Origin: Octopus sinensis
Lineage: Eukaryota
Length of the DNA stretch: 64,000 bases
Direction: 5' to 3'
Assembly (NCBI RefSeq): GCF_006345805.1
Contig: NC_042998.1
Span: forward strand, 49,476,001 to 49,540,000
A model generated the notes under the pieces. The model made no database searches and was not told the origin of the DNA. It saw only the letters and a program-made list of their open reading frames with translations. How positions within the stretch are numbered: position 1 is the stretch's first letter; each line of letters starts with the position of its first letter. Made by a program: the position numbers and the translations under genes. Shown here one piece after another: positions 39,150 through 52,050 of this stretch.

Positions 39150-41044
39150 TATATAAGTATGTATGCATGTGTGTTTTTGTATGCAGCTTTGTGTTAGCAT
39201 GTCTCACACTTCTTGACAACCGGAATGTTTTGAGGAATTTCAACCGTGTTTCGTGGTCTGCTACCTCAACAGCTCCTTTATAGGATCCAGTTAGCTCAAG
39301 ACATCATCAGGAGGAACCACGTCCGGTTTCGGCCCCTACTCCTCTACCGTTTTGACGTGCCCCCCCACACACACACTTTCGGAGGTGTCTTCAGCTCTGG
39401 TGTTGGGTGCATGTCTTCTTTCTTCTTCTTTCTTCTGTTCCCTGGCCTCTTCGATGTAGCGTCAACGAATGTAGCGGCGACTGACTGTCTTGTCAAATTT
39501 TTTCCTCAGACTTAGAAACAAATGTATAACAGTCAATTTCTTGGACTAAATCTTCCAAGGGAGTACCACAGTATAGTCACAGTCCAATGATTGAAAGGAG
39601 TAATGAGTAATATTAGTCGTAGAGGATTTTTTTCTCAAACCCTTATCACCAACTTCATACAGAAAACTTGAAGAAGGCATTCCTACAGATGTGTACCTCC
39701 ATCGATTTTGCTTCCTCATTACTTCCAGAAAAATGGATGTTTTTTAATGAAATTTTCTACGAATACGCTTAGGATGGTGTAGATTCTGATTACATCGGAA
39801 TTTATTGTGGAAAAAATTTTCTGTGGGTGGGAATAGGAGTTTCAGATAATTCACACAGGTTGGCTTTCTTGCCCCTTAACTTTCAGAAAAATAGGCATTT
39901 TTTCATGAAATTTTCTACAAATACTTTTCAGATTGTGTAGATTAGAATTACATCGGAATTTGATGTGAAACGTAAAATAGTGAACACACACACATACATA
40001 CTGACACGCATCACAATTTTTTTTCGAAATTTCAAGTTTCATTTTGTATGACTTGTATTACTATGTATGTGTACGAGTCCACAATTTTTTTCATATTAAA
40101 TTCCGATATAATCGTAATCAACCCAATCTGAAAGGTATTTATAGAAAACTTCAATAAAAATTACCCATTTTTCTGAAAGTAATGAGTAAAAAAGTTGTCA
40201 CATCAGAAAGTTGTCACATGTGAAAGTTGTCTCATGTAAAATTCCTCGCCCCAACCTCGGAAAACTTTTTTCACTACATATTCCGATATAATGAGAATCT
40301 ACACTATCTGAAGTATACTTGTAGAAAATTTCATTTACAAATATCCATTTTTCTGAAAGTGTACATTTGTAGGAATTCTCTTGAAGAAAATGCTGAGAGC
40401 TTCGTTAGGACGATAATAATTTGGCCTCTTCTCCGTCATTTATTTACAACCTCAGAAATGATCTTATAAGCTACAAGACAAAGTCAAAGAGTGGGATGAT
40501 TTCACAAAAAAACATTGTAATAACATCTAGATTATATTTAAAACGTAGCACCATCTGATTCGCAACAGGAAGTCGTACAAGAATTGTTTTTACCAGCTTC
40601 ATCTCAGAGGCGCATAGCTTTACGAATATCCGTGTCTGTAAAAACGCAATAATATAGCTAGAATTGGAAGTACCCAATTACAGGACTGTTTCAAACATGA
40701 ACGTGGATTAGCAGCTGTTCTTTAAGAGGGGACACGAATTATAGGATGGAACATTCCTCAAGAGAACGTATCAATTACAAATTTAAAGTTCAAATTTGCA
40801 AAGCCACAAAACGAGCTCAAAGAATTCTTGGATTTGTCAATTTTTCAGTTTACTGAAATCTTATATCGCTTACTTGTTTCAGTTACTAGACTGCAGCCAT
40901 ACTGAGGTTCCGTTTTAACGAATCTGGTCGAGCAAATTAACCGCTGTGCTTGTTATTATTTTTATCCTGGTACTTATTCTATCGGTCTTTTCTGCCGAAC
41001 CGCAGAGTTACGAGGGGATAAACGAACCGACACTAGTTGTCCAG

Positions 41045-41117
<73 letters not shown>

Positions 41118-41473
41118 AAACCGCTGTCAGAGAAAAACCATTGCTGTGGGAAAAGTTCTGTTGCAGTGTTAATTTAAATTTCGCTATGGCGGATCGAATC
41201 CACTTCATGCATGCAAGGTTCACTACATATACATATATATACATATATATATACATATATGTAGTGAACCTTGCATGCATGAAGTGGATTCGATCCGCCA
41301 TAGCGAAATTTAAATTAACACTGCAACAGAACTTTTCCCACAACAATGGTTTTTCTTTGACAGCGGTTTTACATTTTCCAGATGCATTTAGCTAGGCCGA
41401 AATAATGTTTTCACTACTTGACCCTTTCTAACCTCTTCTACTTCACCAAAAGCTATTTCTCTGAACCAAAATA

Positions 41474-42801
41474 CAAGGTTGTATCAAAAGGTCGCTGGAC
41501 TAATTCTGAAGCGCACCTATAGATGGCATCACACAGTTGTGTGCGCAAGGAGAGCTGGCAGTGACCTCCATGAAGCAGTTTGCCGAATGAAATCGCTGTG
41601 TTTACTTTGCAAGTTGTGAAATTTCTGATTTTGTGACCACGTGTATGCTGTAGTCTGCAATTTCGTCATGGACAGGAAGTTAGAACACAGAGCCAACGTA
41701 GAATCTTGCATTGAACTTGGGAAGTCTTCTACAAAGACATTGAGCATGCTTCGGCAAGCTTATGGCAACAGGGCAATGAGTCTTATAAAATGTTTCAAAT
41801 GGCACAGATGCTTCAAAAGCGGAAGAATGTCTCTGGGAGACGATGTGCGATCTGGAAGAGCTGCCACGAGCGTCATCCCCGGAAATGTGAAGAAAATTCA
41901 TCAGCTTGTAAATGAGGATCATTAAAGGACAATCAGCGACATTGCTGATATTGTAGGTCTTTCATATTGGTCCGTGTAAGCAATCCTATCGTCTGAATTG
42001 AACACGAAGCGTGTCTCTGCCAAGTTTGTCCCTTGCCTGCTGACCTCTGAGCAGAAAGAACATTGCGCCGAAGTCTGTCAAGATCTCCATCTGTGTGTCG
42101 CTGACGACCATCCTTCATGTTGAAGACCGTCAACGGTGACGAGAGTTGGGTTTATGGGTACGACCCTGATACAAAGCAGTAGTCATCACAATGGAAGTGC
42201 CCTTCATCTTCATGACTGGAGAAGGCACAACAAAACCTTAGTTCAATCAAGAGCATGCTCATCGTGCTTTTCGACATCCGCATTATTGTGCATCGAGAAT
42301 TCGTCTCCCAGAGCCAGATTGTCAATTGAGAGTTCTGCGACATTTTAAAGCGTTTGAGAGAGGACATCAGCCAAAAGCAACCAGATCTGTGGAGCTCGAA
42401 GAATTGGATTCTTCACAATGACAACGCACCCTGTCACCCACCTCTTCGCACTCGTGAGTTTCTTGCCAAAAACAACATGCTATTGCTTCCGCACCCGTCC
42501 TATTCACTAGATTTAGTACCTGCAGACTTCCATCTCTTCCCAAAGATAAAACGGCAGCTCAAAGGTTGCCGATTTAACACCGTTTTAACACCATTGTCGA
42601 GATCCAGAGCAAATTGCAGAAGGTCCTCAACTCGCTAACAGAAAACGACTTTCAGGCCGGTTTCCAAAAGTAGCAGGAACACTGGGACCGGTGTATTGCT
42701 GTGCATCGTGACTGTTTCGAAGGAGACGATATAAAAACTTAGATAAATAAGTTATTTTTTTATTAAACATAACTAGTCTGGAACCTTTTGACAACAATTC
42801 G
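41474..42801 (+). mobile_element. Near-full-length mariner (DD34D) transposon, pseudogenised
   Basis: TA-flanked, about 1.33 kb, imperfect TIRs. Transposase from 41667 with GDESWVYGYDP, HNDNAPCH and YSLDLVPADF; several stops and frameshifts. Confidence 0.92.
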
Positions 42802-42881
42802 TATTACAACTGAAAATGGTACGCATTTCTATATTCTACATTCAGCATAAATGCAATACACGTCAATATACAAAGGATTTA

Positions 42882-43094
42882 AGGCGGCGAGCTGTCAGAA
42901 ACGTTAGCACACCGAGCGAAATGCCTAGCAGTATTTCGTCTGATTTTACGTTCTGAGTTCAAATTCTGTCGAGGTCGACTATGCCTTCCATTCTTTCGGG
43001 ATCGATAGATTAAGTACCAGTTGCGTACTGGGGTCAATCTAATCGACTGGACCCCTCCCCCAAAATTTCGGACCTTGTGCCTTGAGTAGAAAAT
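42882..43094 (+). mobile_element. SINE-B copy with TSD, about 180 bp upstream of the first visible C3-like exon
   Basis: aatatacaaaggattta duplicated at 42865-42881 and 43095-43111. Confidence 0.85.
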
Positions 43095-43270
43095 AATATA
43101 CAAAGGATTTACTTTTTTAAAATTATAAATGAGGTGATATTTATATATTGTAAGAATATGTGATCATTGTAAATCCATATACCGTTATTGTTTTCATATA
43201 AATATCTTTGTATTTATAAATGCCTTCTTTGAAATTTCTAATGTCTGAATATATTCTTTCCGGAAAATAG

Positions 43271-43428
43271 CACCGAATATATGATCTTCATGCCAAAAGT
43301 TTTCCGATGCGATGAAAATGAATCGGTCCTGCTGCAAATCTTCGACTATTATAACTTATGTGTGCGAATAGAGTTACTTGATGTTAACACCGAGCAAGTA
43401 CTGAAGAAATATGTGAAAGTATTTGAGG
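43271..43428 (+). CDS. Complement C3-like / thioester-containing protein (A2M/C3/CD109 family), first visible coding exon (MG1 start)
   Basis: aatag|C acceptor (phase 2), G|gtaagt donor (phase 1), 158 bp open: TEYMIFMPKVFRCDENESVLLQIFDYYNLCVRIELLDVNTEQVLKKYVKVFE. Aligns by eye with C3 [23 protein letters not shown] and A2M YMVLVPSLLH. Confidence 0.8.
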
Positions 43429-43600
43429 GTAAGTACATTTTATGTTTTTCTTGTTTGAGTCATTAGACTGCGACCAGCCATGCTGGGGCACTGCTTTGAA
43501 TTTTTAGTCGAATGTATCGACCCCAGTACTTTTATATTTTTTAGCTACGGGAATATGAACACACCAACACCAATTGTCAAGAGGTGGAGGGGGGCACACA

Positions 43601-43650
<50 letters not shown>

Positions 43651-44418
43651 TATACGACAGGATTCTTTCATTTTCCGTCTGCCAAATCCACTTACAAGGC
43701 TTTAGTCAACCTTGGGCTAGAGTGCAAGACACTTGCCCAATGTAGCACCCAGTGAGACTGGATTCAGATCTATGTGATTGGGAAGCAAGCTTCTTACCAC
43801 ACGGCCACGCGTGCACCTAAACAGCCACGCCCATGCCTGTGTGTATAACTTTCATGATCATCATCTGGTCAGGGGACTTGCCCTGATAAGCCTCGTTGGT
43901 CATTCGATCGCTGTATGTCTGATGTGCACATGTCACAGCTTCAAATGATAGCAGTAGTTCATTAACTGAACTGGTTGATCCTAGCCTTTGACAGTCTATT
44001 GACGGTTCATCTACTTAGCATCTAGTGATATTCGCCATTGACTTAATAAGTTTATCTGCAGAAATAGTTCACATCCACCGCGCTACATCCTATGATTTCA
44101 ACATAACCATGGCTTGGGTGGTTACCGGATACTTGACCTTGTCAGGCAGCCACCCGTGATTTAACCCGGGTCTGTTTATTCCACATTTAGAACTAACTTC
44201 TAATTAATCAGTTGCTGGGACCACGACAGCTATGGGTTAATTATATGTAATTTTAAATTAAATTTAAGGGAACCCAGTAACCCCATTTACAAATGCTTCC
44301 AGTTCCAACTGGTCTTATTCTTATACATTGTATATTTTCTAGTTGTTATAAATATTTTCTTATTTTTCATTGTCTGAAGTTTTAAACTCTTTAAGTGTCG
44401 TATTTATGTACTTTTTAG

Positions 44419-44646
44419 AAAACCAAGTTTTATTCAACATCAGTGTTGAAGGAAATGAATGTCTGAATGATGAAGTGATTTTGAATATTAATGGATATAA
44501 ACCACTACGTGTCATTGAAGGAACTCAGTTGTGTAGTAACATGATTGATGATTCAATTAATATAAAACAAATACTTCCTGTAAAGAGAACATTTGGGTAC
44601 ATTTTCATTCAGACTAATTTGCCCATTTATCGACGAAACGAAAATG
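44419..44646 (+). CDS. Complement C3-like / TEP, next exon (MG1 end, MG2 start)
   Basis: tactttttag| acceptor, G|gtgagt donor, 228 bp, phase 1-1, in frame with the previous exon. Ends KQILPVKRTFGYIFIQTNLPIYRRNEN, matching the family motif GYLFIQTDKxIYxPG. Confidence 0.85.
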
Positions 44647-45499
44647 GTGAGTAATTACTTTATATTTTATTAAAAATTCAATAAAATAAGTTTAATATTA
44701 TAATTGATTCAGTTTAAGAGTTTTAATATTTATTGATTTCTAAGGTGGCGAGCTGACAGAAACTTTAGCACACCGAGTGAAATGCTTAGCAGTATTTCGT
44801 CTGTCTTTATGCTCTGAGCTTAAATTCTGCCGAGGTCGACTTTGCCTTACATCCTCTCTGGGTCGATAAAATAAGTACCAGGTGAACACTGGAATTGATT
44901 TAATCAACTTAGCCCATCCCCAAAACCGCTGGCCTTGTGCTAAAATTGGAAATCAATATTTATTGATTTCGAGTTTTTTCATGGTGCCTTAAATTTATGA
45001 GGAGGTGGGTAATTTGTAATGTATAATCAACTACACCGCTACTCACATGACCATTATCCTTCGAACTATTTAAAGAATTCTTTCTACTGTAGGTACAAGG
45101 CATGAAATTTTCGAGGAGGTGGGTGAGTTGATTAAATTGACTGGTACTTATTTTATCGACCCCGAAAGAATGAAAGGCAAACTCAGTTTCGGCAGAATTT
45201 GAACTCGGAACGTAAAGCCGAAAGAAATGTTACAAAATATTTTGTTCGATATGCTAACACATCTTTTCTACTCGAGGTACAAGGCCCGAAATTTTGGGAC
45301 AAGGGGCCAGTCGATTATATCGATCACAGTATGCAACTGGTGCTTAATTAATCGCTCCTGAAAGGACAAAGAGCAAAGTCGACCTTGGTGGGGTCTGAAC
45401 TCAGAACGTAAAGACAGACGAGATACTGCTAAACATTTCGCCCGGTGTGCTAACGTTTCTGCCAGTTTGATTATGTTGAAATCAGGGTTAATCTAACTG

Positions 45500-46370
45500 A
45501 TAAAGATTTCAAATAAAGATTGTGTAATGCTGGCTGTTTTACAGAGTTTCCACTATCATTCTTTGTTTATAAAGTGATTTTTACTCCACCACAGTGGCTT
45601 CATTCTCATAGAATATGTATTCAACGAGACATTCCTGAGGTTTCACTTTTTATCAAAGTATTTTATTGTTTTTCTATTCTGGTTTTCCCTCTTTATAAAG
45701 CTTTCATAAAGTACTCATTATGTTAATAAAGGCAAGTCATTTTAATTCACCCAATTCTTAGGCAGGATTTTGTCAGACTATCTTCGGAGTGCTGTCATTT
45801 CTTCAAGACTCTTTTGATATAATATTGTCTACATATGTTTCATATTTTCTCAGGCAAATATGTTCCTTTAAGCAAAACAGGCTGCAGATATTTTTGTGTT
45901 TTTTAATACATGCAAGTGGATGCAGGTCCAAAGTAGTGTGTAGTTTTTCAAGAATGTATGTTTTTGATGGCATTTTAATTATTCCAAGTTATTTCATTTG
46001 TGAAGGGTGTTTTGCTCCATGTTGATGATTTGATAATTCCCTTTTGTCACTACAACAATAAATTTACATGTGAAACTTTAGAAAAATCTTGTAGAATATA
46101 CTGTGTTGCTTACAGAATTTAATTAGAACATATTTTTGTATAAGCCACTACTTATTTTTTCAAGGTTCCAACTCAAAACCACAAAACGAATTCATACAAA
46201 AATGTACTAATAAACCGTAGTTATTTTAGCTTCCCATTGCCTTTTGAAAACGTTTCATCCATCAGACTTGATTTCTGCAATGTTACAAGTTTCTGTGTCT
46301 ACATTCTAGATTATTATATTAAACATGTTCTATTTATTCTTGATTGAAATATTGAGTGTAATGTTCTACC
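45500..46370 (-). mobile_element. Highly decayed CR1/L2-type RT remnant
   Basis: ILQDFSKV-SHVNLLL..KGII resembles LDFSKAFDKVSH..LL.KL...GI; many stops. Confidence 0.35.
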
Positions 46371-46384
46371 AATGTTCCTTGTTA

Positions 46385-46598
46385 ATTGTTATTATTCATG
46401 GTTTGCACTAATGTTTTGCATTCAGAATCAATCTCCTTGGAAGTGCGTCACAACCAGATTCTTTAGATATCAAAAACTTTTTTGAACAATTCTTGCTGTT
46501 CCCAACAGAGCAGATTTCTGAAATAATACAACTCTTGTAGCTACACCAATGTAAATAAGTTAACTGGCAAGTCTGTTGGTGATGGTACCAAGGGTACC
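46385..46598 (-). mobile_element. Short REL-LINE 3' end fragment
   Basis: VIGTLG..FQKSALLGTARIVQKVF*; (AAT)n on its 5' side and aataataac on its 3' side. Confidence 0.7.
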
Positions 46599-46603
46599 TA
46601 TAA

Positions 46604-46629
<26 letters not shown>

Positions 46630-46649
<20 letters not shown>

Positions 46650-47178
46650 GAGTGAGTGAGCAGTGCATGCCATCAAAGTGACACTGGGGTAAAATATACG
46701 AATCCTAGTATACCCATCATGACTACACCAGGCACATGCATCACAACCATGTGTGCGCGATATGGTGATTTCATATCAAGATAAACAGCACATGACCTAG
46801 CAGGTGGGGCCTAGTTAGAATTTTCTTCTGGTCAAGTAGCCCATCCTGCTCAAAAGGTTCTTGAATAAGGATTGTTTAAGGATGTTGAACGAACCACCCA
46901 TGTTTCCAAAGGTGAATTATCCAAACCTTCAAGAATTCCTTTCAACTCACGTCTATGATGCTCCCCCACTACTTCTGCTCGTGATCAGAGATGCACATAT
47001 TGTCAGCCACTAAGGGACATGGTCAACTGGTTAAGATCAAACAACTGACAAGCAAATCTGTGGTACTTAGCAGAATATTTGCTGTAGCCCATCTTTTATT
47101 CCAAGACTAAACAATGTACATGATAACACTTCCAATCAGTTAAGATGAGAAGCCATGAGAGCCACTGTCTGATACTGC
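46630..47178. mobile_element. About 550-bp non-coding interspersed element embedded in (ATT)n
   Basis: Sharp boundaries with (ATT)n tracts on both sides; no ORF or TIR seen. Confidence 0.5.
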
Positions 47179-47186
47179 ATCCGGGC

Positions 47187-47236
<50 letters not shown>

Positions 47237-47624
47237 TATTATTATTATTAGTAGTAGTAGTAGTAGTAGTAGTAGTATTTTTTGTTGTTGATATTATTAT
47301 TATTATTAGTATTAGTATTTTGTTGTTGTTGATATTATTATTATGGGCACATGGTCTTGTGCTTTCAATTCTTAGACCGGGTAGTGCGTTGTGTTCTTGA
47401 GCGAAACACTTCATCTTACGCTGCTCTGCGGTCATGTCGGCACCTGACGCATGGCACACAGTGCACCTATTCAGGAAACGTCGATTTGATGGAGGGAGTG
47501 AGCTAATGTGCAACACGAACATTTGATTACTCTAAATAAATCATTTGTGCATGTCGTTCGGTGAAAGCTGAACACTCCTATGTTGTCTCCGACAGGAGAG
47601 GCCATCATCATTATTATAAGTAGT

Positions 47625-48005
47625 AATACTATCTATTACGCTAGTGCATGCTAATTTAGTAAGTAAATATTTTATCTTGAGGTTTTGTGACAAGTCTCTT
47701 CAAATCCCAATAATTATTCTTAGAATTCTTGCAGAACACAAGATGATATTTTTCTGCAGGTCGACAATGCAAGTTTCTGTTCTAATTTCTTTCAGTCTTT
47801 TAGGTAGCATTTTGGGTGTTGTGCCAAGTGCACTTGTTACTACAAGAATAATTGTTGGCTACTGTTTCCTCAGTTCTCTGATTAGATCCTGGAATTTCTC
47901 AATGTTTTCCATTTCTTTGATATCAACTCTGCTATCATAAAGAATTGCAAAATCCATGATCTTCCTCTATAATCTATAGTCTTACCCGGTCTTCTTGCCT
48001 CAATA
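47625..48005 (-). mobile_element. REL-LINE 3' fragment
   Basis: IMDFAI..DSRVDIKEMENIEKFQDL..LVVTSALGTTPK..LQKNIILCSARILR. Confidence 0.7.
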
Positions 48006-48226
48006 GTATGCTTTTGTTCTTTTACTTGTTTCAGTTATTTGACTGTGGCCATGCTGGAGCACCACCTTTAGTCGAATCAAATCGACCCCAGGACTTATTC
48101 TTTATAAGCCTAGTACTTATTCTATCGGTCTCTTTTGCCGAACTGCTAAGTTACAGGGACCTGAACACACCAGCATCGGTTGTCAAGCGATGTTGGGGGG
48201 ACAAACACAGATACACAACACACACA

Positions 48227-48277
<51 letters not shown>

Positions 48278-48553
48278 GATGGGCTTCTTTCAGTTTCCAT
48301 CTACCAAATCCACTCACAAGGCTTTGGTCGGCCCGAAGTTTAAAAGTTGTTCTTCTCCATAATGGTAATTTGAAGCCCTCCATTCCTATTACACACTCCG
48401 TTCATCTTCATGAATCATTTGAAAATATGGAAATATTTGCATATATCTATCGAAAAACTGATACGTGTTGCATACAAATGGAGTGAAGTTTTGAAATCAG
48501 CATAGAAAATTAGTCTAAAAAAGTAGGTTTGTGTATAATACATTTAATTTTGT

Positions 48554-48554
<1 letters not shown>

Positions 48555-48611
<57 letters not shown>

Positions 48612-48680
48612 AACCAGCACCACCAGCACCAGCACCACCACCACTACCGCCACCTCTTCTTCCTCCTCCTTCTCCTCCTT
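48555..48680. repeat. (ACT)n(ACC)n(CTC)n compound microsatellite
   Basis: Directly visible. Confidence 0.9.
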
Positions 48681-49350
48681 GAAGGCAGCGTGTTGGCAGT
48701 ACCATTAGCGCGCTTAGCAGTATTACTTAACATTTTCATTTTTCGTATTAAAAAATGTTAATGTGTCAGTGACATTTTATGACTGTAACTGATTCAGTTA
48801 ATAGAGAAAGAGAAGTTAAACTTCCTTGTTGATGTTGATCCTAAGAACGTACTCTCTATTTATACATATTTACAAAAGCCAATGTGAGAGTTTCTCTCGT
48901 GGTAATGGTAACTACCGCAGTATAGTTTGTTCTAACAGAGCATCCATGTTCAAGTGGGGATAACTATTATGTCTCGGTATTAATACTACCTTTGTCGTTG
49001 GTGTATATTTTAACAAGCTCACTGGCTAACCATGGCACCCGTTCCTGTTCTGACACGGTTATTTTATATATCGCTGGCTGGGAGATAAGTCGCTGCTATC
49101 TGTAGCGGTCGGGCATCCATCATTGATAAACCCAAGGGAGGTCAGATTCACGTGATCTGGTGATATCGGCGCTGAGGTGATGGAGATTTATCTCACCTCT
49201 AGCGATTTAAACAAAAGTGCATTTTGCACTAAAAGTCAATACAAGAGTTTCTCTCATGGTATTTGCCGCAGTATAGTTTGTTCTAACATCCACATTTAAG
49301 TGGGGGATAAATATCAACTATTTATTAGTTTGCCGATTGCTGTTCAGTTA

Positions 49351-49862
49351 CCGTAAATCCTCGAGTATAGTCCGCACTTGAGTATAATACGCAGGGGATT
49401 TTTAGGAGGCTGTACCTCTGAAAAACCTAAACCTTGTGTATAATACGCACCCCTTCTCTAACTTGAGTCAAGGAGGTCTATATAACATCCTTGGTTTGTA
49501 AAAATGTATACGATAACGTACTTTATTATTATTGTATATATAACATAATGCAAATGTGTCGCATTTTTGTGCATTTTGTTTGCAGAAAATAAAGAAATAA
49601 CAGTAATAACGTTTAATAAATGTTGCTTACTGCAAGTTATGGATGATCCTTTTATGACTTCATTGCTTTCAGGCTTAGCTTAAGGTATTTTTGCGCCCGA
49701 CATCACAAAATGCATCTGAATAAACATTGCCGGACAGCAAATAGAGACTCGAACATTGCTTAGAAAATAATTTTCCTTTTTAACCTCGTGTATAATACGC
49801 ACTAGGGATTTTGACCATTAAATTTTGGGAAAACAATGCGTATTTTACTCGAGGATTTACGG
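49351..49862. mobile_element. Tc1/mariner (pogo/Tc2-type) MITE
   Basis: TA-flanked TIR ccgtaaatcctcgagta / tactcgaggatttacgg; repeated gtataatacgca subterminal motif. Confidence 0.85.
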
Positions 49863-51597
49863 TACACTTCTTCAGGTCATTATGAAACAACCTATCTAAT
49901 GGTTCTGAGAGGGTCACGTAAAATACCATTAAGCTCTGGCATCTCTTGAATAAAAAATTTGTTATTATTTTTAAATCACTATTTCAATGTATTGAGTGTT
50001 GTTTTTGATGACTAATAGCCTGTCATTATACAACACTTGACAACTATCTGAATTGGTCCCAGTCAATATTTGGTAGCGTAGCTGGGAAATGGGTGGCTAT
50101 GGGGGAACTCTGCCCCGAGCAACGCTTTTATTGAGGCAGCACTTTTTAATCTACTGTATAAACCAATATAAAGGGGCAAAAATAGGGGGCCATCACACAT
50201 AAGGACTGCCCCGGGTGGTACACACTCTAGCTACACCACTATCGATATTGTTTCTTTCTAGTCATAATGGTCGATACTATTATTTCTACCGTTCAATTTT
50301 AAAAGCGTTTGGGATTAATTATCAATAGATTCTATTTCCTCTTCTGTTTAACCTTGCATGTTGAATATTTCCGCAAGTATTACTGATATATTGTAGTACA
50401 TAATAAAAACAATCTAATTGCAAAATCTTTCTGAATCCATTGTTATTCTAAAGTTACTTTTAATAATAAAAAATAAATGCGCCCTTTTAAAGCCTAGCTA
50501 GGCTCATGGGCCTGGTTTCCCGGTTTCCATAGCGTATGTGTCCCCAAGCTGGATGGAACGCCAGTCCATCGCAGCGTTACTCATTTTTGCCAGCTGAGTG
50601 GACTGGAGCAACATGAAATGAAGTGTTTTGCTCAAGAACACTACGCGTCGCCGGGTCCAGGAATCGAAACCACAATCTTACGATCATGATGCTGACACCC
50701 TAACCACTAAGCCACGCGCCTCCACAAAGTTAGTTTTACTTTATCATAATCATCGAATACCTTCTCATCTCTCCTTTGGTATTTGTTGTTCTCAAGTATC
50801 GATTAACCTCTTTCCTTCGAAATTGCTGGTTTTTTGCCTAAACCAGAGACAAAAAGATAAAAAGACAGTGAGCTAGTAGAACCGTTAGAGTGTTGGAAAA
50901 AATACTTTTTGGCATTTGCTTTGACTCTTTACATTCGGAATTCAAATCCTGCCAATGTCAGTTTTGCTTTTCATTCCGCTGGGGTTGATAGAATAAAATA
51001 CAAGTCAAATACTGGATTCGGTGGTATCGACCCCCATCCCTTCAAAATGACTAGTGTTATACTTAAATCATAAATCATTAATGATAATATGTGTAACCTA
51101 GTGACAGAAAACAACAGCAGTTCAGAGAGCGTGCCTTCAAGAAATATTTCTTGTAAGAGATTCATAGTATTGCACTGCCTCTTGTTCAATGACAAAATGG
51201 CTTAGTAAAATACTTTAATCTTTAAAAGGTAGTAATTTTTCAATGCTATTATTCACTATTATTCATTGTTAGACATCAAGAATCTAATTATGATTACTGA
51301 ACTGAAACGAAAGCATTTTATAGTCTACTCATTTTCTTATGAGGTTTTTGAACTTAGAAAACAGTCTATTTTCTTTTTATCTATTAGTTGTTCAGTGCAC
51401 TTCCACACTGCTCTTTCTGTTAGTTTGTTGATAATTATTATGCCATATTTTGAATTGTAATTTTTGCCTAATCAGAGCTATTAGTTTTCTTTTTCTTTCG
51501 GTGTACATTATGTTAATGCCCAAAGTAAGAAGTACACCGGGCAAAAATACCGAAATGATTATATGCCTGTATATTTGTTTGGTTAGCTTTATATACA

Positions 51598-52050
51598 TAC
51601 TAGCTATTTTGACCCGTGCTTCACTCGGGTTTTGGTGGTGGTGTTGTTTTGTGTGTGTTGTCTCCTTTTCCTTTTCTTTTTTTTGTTCGTCTTCTTTGCC
51701 TGGTTCTTTTTATTGCCCTCTTCTTTACCCCCATTTCCAAAATCCCCCAAATTTTTACACCCACAATTAAAGATAACCGCCTCTAGCCCATGCAGCAACA
51801 CGAAAAGCCACCATTATCCAAACAGCGCAACCTGTCTATCCCATAAAACTCAATTTTTCCCATATTCCTCACCATGGCAACCAAACAGTATCCCCAAGCG
51901 ACTTGGAACCCTCCTCACACCATTGCCCACCCCATTTTACCCCCCAGTGTAAATTTTGACGCCAATCTGACCTTAAACCGTTCCCATACCAAAATGAGAC
52001 AAATAACCAAGAAATCAAACAACTTTTTCACATTTCAGCTTTATAGATAT
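51598..52050. mobile_element. Helitron/Helentron-associated (HINE/DINE-1-like) non-autonomous element
   Basis: Starts tactag..acccgtgcttcactcgggt (short stem) and ends cagctttatagatat. The same architecture occurs at 58093-58695. Confidence 0.45.

Noticed and set aside
40380-40860. Protein-like composition (KLQDKVKEWDDFTKKH..., GTRIIGWNIPQEN)
   Set aside because: Multiple stops and no motif I can name; needs TBLASTX.
41420-42817. Possible exon split by the mariner (…NQNITTEN G|gtacgc after removing it)
   Set aside because: An in-frame TGA lies just upstream, there is no credible acceptor, and the phase is incompatible with the 43271 exon.
51392-51566. Minus-strand possible terminal exon HIIISVFLPGVLLTLGINIMY-basic tail
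   Set aside because: The acceptor is purine-rich, I found no phase-compatible partner exon or polyA signal, and there is no recognisable family.
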